Shown piece after piece: positions 57,705-64,000 of a DNA stretch of 64,000 bases. The notes under the pieces are model-generated. The model was not told the DNA's origin and made no database searches. It was given only the letters and a program-made list of their open reading frames with translations. How positions within the stretch are numbered: the first letter of the stretch is position 1; every line of letters begins with the position of its first letter. Source of the DNA: Armatimonadota bacterium (GTDB lineage Bacteria; Armatimonadota; SYMT01); assembly GCA_041690135.1 (NCBI GenBank), contig JAWLHY010000010.1, positions 299,511 to 363,510 on the forward strand, in the 5' to 3' direction. The position numbers and the translations under genes are program-made.

Positions 57705-59327
57705 TCACTTCACGACCTTCACCCCCTTGGGGGTGTTGATGTCGGTTTGAATCCGCCCGCCGCGCCGCTGGTGGCGCACGCGGATCACTCCATGAGGAGT
57801 CGGCAGAGTCCCCTCCGCGAACTCCAGGTCGCCGAGGTGTGGCGCCAGCCGGACCTGACCGAAGCCCGGGGTCGCGGGGGAGAGCCCCAGCACATGCTCC
57901 GTCAACCAGGCGGTGGGGCCCGCGGCCCAGCCGTGGCAGAGGCTGTGGCGCAGGCCGACGTAACAGTAGTCGCCGTAGTCGGCGTGCAGGTCCTTCTTCC
58001 CGGCCGGCGTCAGTTCGTCGATCCGCCCCGCGCCTTCCAACCACTCCAGCTCGAACCCTTCCCAGAAGGTGGTGGCCCCCGCATCCAGCATCCCGCCCCA
58101 GTAGTTGCGGATCAGGTCCAGGCAGCCCTGGTGATCCCCCGCCCGGGCGCGAGCTTCCAGGATGTAATAGCCGTAGAACGTGGAGAGGGCGGAGTACGGG
58201 TTGCGGGAGAGAATGGCGGTGTTGGTCTCCTTGGCGTCGGCCATGCCGGCCAGCACCGCAAGCGCGTTCGCCTGCTTGCTGGGCGACGGCGCCCGGCGGC
58301 TACTCCGAGCGAGCGCGGCGGACTTCCGGGCCTCGGCGGCGGCGCCCTTCTCCCCCATTGCCTCGCAGAGCTCCGCGCCCGCTTCCAGGGAGAGCACGAC
58401 GAGGGCCTGAAGACCGGCATCGATGGCCGTAGGGTCGCGACTGGTCGGCCACTCCAGGAAGCGGTGCCCCTTCAACTGCTCCTTTCCGGTGGCATCCAGC
58501 GAGGCGCGCACCTGGTCCAGCAGCCCCAGCAGGTACTTCCGCTGCTCCATCACGTAGCCGAGGTTGCCGTGGTAGCGGAACCAGTCCCGGTGGCAGATGA
58601 TCCACCAGAGCGAGTAGGAGGAGATGCCGTTCATCCAGCCCGGCAGCGGCGTCCGGTCGCGCACGTAGTCGAGGCTGGCCGGCACCACGTCCACCCCACC
58701 GAAAACCGTGTTGATGACCATCGTCTCGGGATGGAGGTCGCCGATCCAGACCAACCGGTCCCGCTTGATGCCGTCCCACACGTGGTCCTGCATGCAGAGG
58801 TGAACGGTGTAGGCGCCCACGTCCCAGATCCGGTTCAGGCGCTCGTCGGAGCAGCGGAAGGTCCCCTGGTATTCCAGTGGCCGGTACAGGAAAACGGCGT
58901 AGACGTTCCCCAGCGTCACCGTGGCTTCCGGCTCCAGCAGGTCGATGCGCACGAAGCGGAAGCCGGTGTTGCCGATCTCCATGTGCCCCATCCACGGTAG
59001 CAACACTTCCTGCTCGTGGATGGTGTGGTCCTGGTCCGGCTTGCCCATCGCTTCCGCCGCCGACTCGCCGAACCGGATCCGGACCCGCGCCGGCTGCTTC
59101 GGCTTGATGTCCGGCGTATCCAGCCGGATCCCGCCGTGCAGCTCGCGACCGAAGTCGAGCAGGATACTGGTGCCCGGCCCGCCCTTGTTCGGCTTCAGCA
59201 GGCAAACGTGGGCATCGTCCGTCAGCAGGTGCTCGGGTGCATGGACGTCGCCGGACGTCCAGACGACGCGCGTGGGCAGAATGAACTTGCGGACCCGTGG
59301 GTCCGGCTTTCCGGTAGGAAACTCCAT
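57705..59327 (-). CDS. Alpha-L-rhamnosidase (GH78-like)
   Basis: LDFGRE, GFRF, DGIKRDRLVWIGD, GATTFWE and SLCHGW motifs. Confidence 0.92.
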   Translation of the reverse strand: MEFPTGKPDPRVRKFILPTRVVWTSGDVHAPEHLLTDDAHVCLLKPNKGGPGTSILLDFGRELHGGIRLDTPDIKPKQPARVRIRFGESAAEAMGKPDQDHTIHEQEVLLPWMGHMEIGNTGFRFVRIDLLEPEATVTLGNVYAVFLYRPLEYQGTFRCSDERLNRIWDVGAYTVHLCMQDHVWDGIKRDRLVWIGDLHPETMVINTVFGGVDVVPASLDYVRDRTPLPGWMNGISSYSLWWIICHRDWFRYHGNLGYVMEQRKYLLGLLDQVRASLDATGKEQLKGHRFLEWPTSRDPTAIDAGLQALVVLSLEAGAELCEAMGEKGAAAEARKSAALARSSRRAPSPSKQANALAVLAGMADAKETNTAILSRNPYSALSTFYGYYILEARARAGDHQGCLDLIRNYWGGMLDAGATTFWEGFELEWLEGAGRIDELTPAGKKDLHADYGDYCYVGLRHSLCHGWAAGPTAWLTEHVLGLSPATPGFGQVRLAPHLGDLEFAEGTLPTPHGVIRVRHQRRGGRIQTDINTPKGVKVVK

Positions 59328-59418
59328 CGTCTCCGGCTCCTTCCACGGCCTGGCGCCGCGGTCCCGTTGGAGGCAAACCACCACGGAGTTACGCACGCGG
59401 GCGTGTTGAACCTCCCCG

Positions 59419-59499
59419 GGATGATAAGGACCGGGAGGATCAAGATAAGGACCGCGAAGATAAAGATAAGGATAAGGAGGGCAGTGCTAAGGATAAAGG
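59419..59499 (+). repeat. Degenerate GATAAG hexamer array
   Basis: Multiple phased GATAAG/GATAAA/GATCAA units. Confidence 0.7.
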
Positions 59500-59547
59500 C
59501 CTGTGCCCTACCCCCGTTCACTTGCAGCGGTACCCGTCCTAGGGCTT

Positions 59548-59862
59548 AGTGTGGACTCGCCGATTGCATCGGCGCTTTGCGAGCTTGCCCCCGTCTCCTG
59601 CTCCGCCAACCCCACCCTCGTCACGACTCCAAGTGTGGAGTAGCCGATTGCATCGGTGCTTTGCGAACATGCACCCGTCTCCCGCCTCGCTAACCCCGCC
59701 CTCGTCAGGACTCCAAGTGTGGACTCGCCGATTGCATCGGCGTTTGCGAGCCTGCCCCCAGGACCCGCCAGGGCCAACCCGTATGCACTGTTGGGCGAAT
59801 ATCCCGGGCCAGGATCCTCCAGCCGTTATCACAATCCCGCCGATGCAATCGGCGACTCCACA
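59548..59862. repeat. 84-bp tandem repeat with palindromic core plus inverted terminal copy
   Basis: Units start at 59548, 59632 and 59716; core GCCGATTGCATCGG(C/T); inverted copy at 59838-59862. Confidence 0.88.
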
Positions 59863-60004
59863 TAGAGGCACTCGACTGGTCTCTTCTCGCGAAGCGTGGA
59901 GGTCGGCATCATCCTGGTTGATGCCGGCACTGACGAGGTCCACCTGCCGATGTGCGTTAGCGTGTGAAGTCAGTCATTGCGGAAGAGAGGAGGGCTACCG
60001 CAAC

Positions 60005-60592
60005 ATGCACCGGGAAGGGTTCGGAGCCGTAGAGCGCGTGGTTGAGGAACTGGCGGGACTGCCGGTGCCCTGGGCGATTGCCAGTGGCTGGGCCATCGAC
60101 CTATTCCTGGGACGGGTTACCCGGGCGCATCAGGACGTGGATATCGTGCTCCCCCGGGCCGACCAACTCGCCCTGCACGAATTCATGACGGGCAGGGGCT
60201 GGGGATTTGTGACCTACTGGAAGGGGAAGGAAGAACCGTGGCCGCCCGCGATGCCGCTGGCGCTGCCCCGGCACCAGGTCCACGCCCACCGGGGCAGCGA
60301 GTCCCTGGAGTTCCTGTTCAGCGAGATCGAACACGGCGTCTGGCGCTATCGTCGCAACCTGACGGTCGTGCGGGATGCCGCGAGCACGCGGCTGCTCACG
60401 GAGGGCGGAATCCCCTATCTCGCTCCGGAGATTGTGCTGCTTTTCAAGAGCAAGCCGTCGCTGGAGGGGCTCCGCGAAAAGGACGTCGCCGACTTCGAAC
60501 GCGCTCTTCCCCACCTGACCACCGAGCAGCGCGCCTGGCTCCACTGGGCGCTGACGGCATCCGCTCCGGACCACCCCTGGATTAGGCGATGA
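60005..60592 (+). CDS. Nucleotidyltransferase, aminoglycoside-2''-adenylyltransferase-like family
   Basis: WAIASGWAIDL..G..TR.H.DVDI, LAPEIVLLFK, KD.ADF and HPW motifs. Confidence 0.85.
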   Translation: MHREGFGAVERVVEELAGLPVPWAIASGWAIDLFLGRVTRAHQDVDIVLPRADQLALHEFMTGRGWGFVTYWKGKEEPWPPAMPLALPRHQVHAHRGSESLEFLFSEIEHGVWRYRRNLTVVRDAASTRLLTEGGIPYLAPEIVLLFKSKPSLEGLREKDVADFERALPHLTTEQRAWLHWALTASAPDHPWIRR

Positions 60593-61943
60593 GGTCGGGA
60601 ACGATCTCGCCGGGGCAGACGCGGATGGGCCGATCCTGCCGGTCACGGATCTCGGCCACCGCGGGATCGATCCCCATCAGGTGGTAGATGTTGGCGGCGA
60701 GGTCCCACGGATAGACAGGGTTTTCGGCGGGCCAGGCGGCCTGCTCGTCCGAGGCGCCGTAGACGAACCCACGCTTGAAGCCGCCGCCGGCGACCATCGA
60801 GGTGTAGACGCCCGGCCAGTGGTCGCGGCCGGCATCCTTGTTGATCTTGGGGGTGCGCCCGAACTCGCCGGTCACCAGCACGATGGTGGTGTCGAGGAGA
60901 CCGCGTTCTTCCAGGTCGAGCAGCAGGGCTGTCACGGCCTGGTCCATCGGCGGCAGGAGGCGCTCCTTCAGGTCCTTGAAGTTGTTGCCGTGGGTGTCCC
61001 ACACCTGGCCGCGCTCCCAATACACGGCCACCACGGGCACCCCGCCTTCCACCAGACGCCGGGCCAGGAGGCAGCTCTGCCCGAACTTGTGCCGGCCGTA
61101 GCTGTCACGGACTTTGTCCGGCTCGGAGCGCAGGTTGAATGCCTCGCGGGCCTCCGTGGAGCCGAGAAGGGTGAAGACCCGCTCCTGCAGGTCGTTGAAT
61201 CCCTGCGCGGCGAGGTGCCGGTCTCCCAGGCGAGCGCCCTGTTCCACCTGCTCCAGCAGTGTGCGGCGGCGGTCGAGGCGAAGCGGCGGAAGGCTGCCGT
61301 CCAGGGTCAACTCCTGGACTTTGAAGTTCCGCGAGTTCGGATCGTCCTTGATGTCGAAGGGATCGTACTTCTGACCGGCCATGCCGCCGGTCTGCCCCGG
61401 CACGTCGCCGCCTGCGGAATACATCGTGCCGCCGATGGTGACATATCCCGGTACCGGCCGCGAGGGTGGACGGAGCTTGCTGATAACGGACCCCAGCGGC
61501 GGGAAGTCGTCCGGCGCGGGAGGCAGGATCCGGCCCGGCTGCGGGTGCGGCACTCCCGAGAGGACGGTGTACCCGCCGGTCGCGTGCTCGTGGTCGGTGT
61601 GGGTCATCGAGCGGATCAGCGCGTAGCGATCCGCGATCTTCGCCAGGCGAGGGATCTGCTCCGAGACCCGAATACCGGAAACGTTCGTTTCGATCGGGTT
61701 GAACTCGCCGCGCACTTCCGCCGGGGCCTCCGGCTTCATGTCCCAGATGTCCTGGTGGGCGGGCCCTCCGTAAAGGTCCAGCAGGATGAAGGCCTTCGCG
61801 TGGCCGAACCGGGGGGCCGTCGCCGCGTGGGCCGCGGGAGATGAAAGGGACGTGCCAAGGAGGCCGAGGCCGCCGGCCATCAGGAGGTCGCGGCGCGACC
61901 AGCCCGCACACGTTCTCACGGCAGCACCCTGTACCCGCAGCAT
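60582..61943 (-). CDS. DUF1501 domain protein
   Basis: SRRDLL; GGPAHQDIWDMKP, LLARRLVEGG, WDTH and GEFGRTPKIN..GRDHW motifs. Confidence 0.95.
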   Translation of the reverse strand: MLRVQGAAVRTCAGWSRRDLLMAGGLGLLGTSLSSPAAHAATAPRFGHAKAFILLDLYGGPAHQDIWDMKPEAPAEVRGEFNPIETNVSGIRVSEQIPRLAKIADRYALIRSMTHTDHEHATGGYTVLSGVPHPQPGRILPPAPDDFPPLGSVISKLRPPSRPVPGYVTIGGTMYSAGGDVPGQTGGMAGQKYDPFDIKDDPNSRNFKVQELTLDGSLPPLRLDRRRTLLEQVEQGARLGDRHLAAQGFNDLQERVFTLLGSTEAREAFNLRSEPDKVRDSYGRHKFGQSCLLARRLVEGGVPVVAVYWERGQVWDTHGNNFKDLKERLLPPMDQAVTALLLDLEERGLLDTTIVLVTGEFGRTPKINKDAGRDHWPGVYTSMVAGGGFKRGFVYGASDEQAAWPAENPVYPWDLAANIYHLMGIDPAVAEIRDRQDRPIRVCPGEIVPDLIA

Positions 61944-62179
61944 TCGTTGCCCTCCGGCTTTCCGAGACCCTGGCGATGTTGTCCAAAGATCCGGATAGCA
62001 AGCCCGGTTGTCCCTGAAGTAGGTCACCCCGGCGGCGTTGGGGTTTCGCCGGAATGCATTGGGATTCGGTTGCCGGGGCCGGTAAGGAAGTAACGACTCG
62101 CGGGCCGAACGTATGGAAAACGGAGGCCCATGCGGAACACCGCTCCGCGGCCCCAGCAACCTCAGGAGTTATTCGACCG

Positions 62180-63085
62180 ATGGATCGTCGTGATTTCGTC
62201 CGGATCGCCGGCGCCGCGTTTGCCGGCACCGTGGGCGCCGCGCTACCTGCCGCTGCCCACGTGGACCCCAACGAGCGCAAGAGCAAGTCCCACGCGCCCT
62301 TCCGGCTCTCCGTGGCGGCCTACTCGTACCGCAAGTACCTGCAGGGCCCCAACAAGAGCATGACCCTGTTCGACTTCATCCGGAAGTGCGCCGAGATGGG
62401 GACCGATGGGGTCGAACTGACCGAGTACTACTTCGAGAAACCGGTCACGCCGGAGTACGTGTTGAACCTGAAGCGGACCGCGCACCTCTGGGGGCAGACC
62501 ATCACCGGCACCCCAATCGGCAACTCGTTCACCCACCCCGCCGGTCCGCAGCGCGACCAGCAACTTGAGACCTACAAGAAGTGGGTGGATGTCTCCGCCC
62601 TCATCGGCTCCCCCTCCATCCGAACGTTCGCCGGCTCGACTCCCAAGGGCATCTCCGAGTCCGACGCGCGCCGCAACGTGATCCTGTGCCTCGAGGAAGT
62701 CTGCGACTACGCCGGTAAGAAAGGCGTGTTCGTCGGCTTAGAGAATCACGGCGGCGTCGTGGCGGAAGCCGACGGCCTGCTGGAGATCCTGCACGCCGTG
62801 AAGTCGCCCTGGCTCGGCATCAACCTGGATGCCGGCAACTTCCGCACGGCGGACCCCTACGGCGACCTGGCCCGCTGCGCCCCCTACGCGATCACCAGCC
62901 AGTACAAGGTGGAGATGTTCCCGAAGGGTCGGCCGGCCGAGCCGACCGACTTCAAGCGGTTCATCCAGATCATGCGCGATGCCGGATACCGGGGCTTTAT
63001 CACCCTGGAGTACGAAGCCAAGGAAGACCCGATGACGGCGGTCCCGCGCTACCTGGACGAGATGCGCAAGGTGCTCGCGTCCTGA
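62180..63085 (+). CDS. Sugar phosphate isomerase/epimerase (AP-endonuclease-2 TIM barrel), Tat-exported
   Basis: DRRDFV Tat motif; GVELT, LENHGG, NLDAGNF and GYRGFITLEYE motifs. Confidence 0.92.
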   Translation: MDRRDFVRIAGAAFAGTVGAALPAAAHVDPNERKSKSHAPFRLSVAAYSYRKYLQGPNKSMTLFDFIRKCAEMGTDGVELTEYYFEKPVTPEYVLNLKRTAHLWGQTITGTPIGNSFTHPAGPQRDQQLETYKKWVDVSALIGSPSIRTFAGSTPKGISESDARRNVILCLEEVCDYAGKKGVFVGLENHGGVVAEADGLLEILHAVKSPWLGINLDAGNFRTADPYGDLARCAPYAITSQYKVEMFPKGRPAEPTDFKRFIQIMRDAGYRGFITLEYEAKEDPMTAVPRYLDEMRKVLAS

Positions 63086-63087
63086 GC

Positions 63088-63540
63088 ATGGACCACGTCG
63101 CCGAGGGCATCGCTATCGGCTCTCTGGAGGACTGTCTCGACCACTCCCGCCTGGCGGAAACAGGGATCGAGGCGGTCCTCCAGCTCTACGGCCACCCGCG
63201 AGAGCGGGCGTTGATCCCCCTGCCGATTGCGGTACTGCAACTGGAAGTACGGGATCGGGTGCCGCTCGATCCCGCTCAATTGCGGAAAGGGGTGACCTTC
63301 ATCCGCGAACAGCGCCGCGCGGGACGCCAGGTGCTGGTAGCCTGCGGCGCCGGGGTGAGCCGCTCCCCCACCATCGTCGCCGCCTACCTCCACGAGGAGG
63401 GTTCGGACCTATCGGAGGCGTTCGCCCGCATCGCCGCCGTCAGGTCCATCCACCCGCATCGCGCCCTCGTCCGGTCGCTGGTCGATTACTACGGCCTGGA
63501 CCCCACTATCCACGAGACTGCCACGCGAGGCGGTGGATGA
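63088..63540 (+). CDS. Dual-specificity protein phosphatase family protein
   Basis: VLVACGAGVSRS (Cx5R) and AAYL motifs. Confidence 0.88.
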   Translation: MDHVAEGIAIGSLEDCLDHSRLAETGIEAVLQLYGHPRERALIPLPIAVLQLEVRDRVPLDPAQLRKGVTFIREQRRAGRQVLVACGAGVSRSPTIVAAYLHEEGSDLSEAFARIAAVRSIHPHRALVRSLVDYYGLDPTIHETATRGGG

Positions 63541-63797
63541 ACCCTCATTCCTACGACAACGAATGGGCGTGCTTCTGGGGCTGCGCCGGTGCCCTGGTCG
63601 GAGCGGTGGTGGGTGCTCTCGCCCTCTCGGCCGTGGTAGACCTCTGGCATGTTCTGAACGACCCCGCGGCGAGGAAGGACGGCCAGTACGGGTTGTTCTT
63701 CCTCTACACCTTACCGGCGGGCGCGGTCCTCGGCTCGGTTGTGGGTTTCATCGTCCCCTATGGCCTTTACGCCCGGCGCAGGAACAGGAACCGTTGA
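63537..63797 (+). CDS. Small two-TM membrane protein
   Basis: ATGA overlap with the phosphatase gene; two hydrophobic helices and a basic tail. Confidence 0.65.
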   Translation: MNPHSYDNEWACFWGCAGALVGAVVGALALSAVVDLWHVLNDPAARKDGQYGLFFLYTLPAGAVLGSVVGFIVPYGLYARRRNRNR

Positions 63798-64000
63798 GGC
63801 GGCACAGGCCACGCACCTTACGGCGATGCCCGTTGGGCACGGACCGAACCCGGCGTTAACCACACGAACTGCGGGTCCCCTAAGGTAGCACAGGCCCTCG
63901 TGGGGCTGTGAAAGTACTTAGATTCGGGACCCAAGTTCGGTCCCAGCCGGGGACCGGTGCGGACCGAACCCGCTTATGGACTCTTTATCTTTTCGCCGTG

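Noticed and set aside
55788-59000. 1070-aa plus-strand ORF
   Set aside because: Antisense shadow of the DUF1080 and GH78 genes; stop-poor reverse frames are common in high-GC DNA; no motifs
59548-59760. CRISPR array
   Set aside because: Only three units, spacers homologous to each other, an inverted copy present, and no cas genes
59549-60004. N-terminal repeat domain on the nucleotidyltransferase
   Set aside because: An open frame through the 84-bp repeats; ATG60005 has a GAGGAGG RBS and matches the family start
63841-63972. GGACCGAACCCG direct repeat with an inverted partial copy
   Set aside because: Only 12 bp and at the window edge; cannot be distinguished from a REP fragment or chance

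Overview
High-GC bacterial chromosome segment, most likely Armatimonadota. This is inferred from the [21 protein letters not shown]-type DUF1559 prepilin protein together with PVC-like DUF1501/DUF1549/DUF1553/PPC modules. It holds about 55 genes, mostly secreted or Tat-exported carbohydrate and redox enzymes, three DUF1501 proteins, an ECF sigma/anti-sigma locus, a stand-alone protoglobin, and a GlmL-like ATPase operon with no glutamate mutase in the window. I found no rRNA, tRNA, CRISPR array or intact transposase. The most unusual signal is a family of degenerate short tandem repeats (periods 6, 7, 8, 9). They occupy intergenic gaps and also sit in-frame inside four protein genes. Two related GGGGGCA/TTACGCA heptamer cassettes add about 57 and 75 aa, both containing RGQGA...YALRNT(Q/H)Y, to two different DUF1549/DUF1553 proteins. 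Heptamer or hexamer arrays also form the signal-peptide n-regions of two other genes. Other features include REP/BIME-like mosaics, two collapsed pseudogenes, a possible orphan-immunity cluster and an NsrR-like operator before the globin. All product calls come from motif recognition by eye; no database searches were run.
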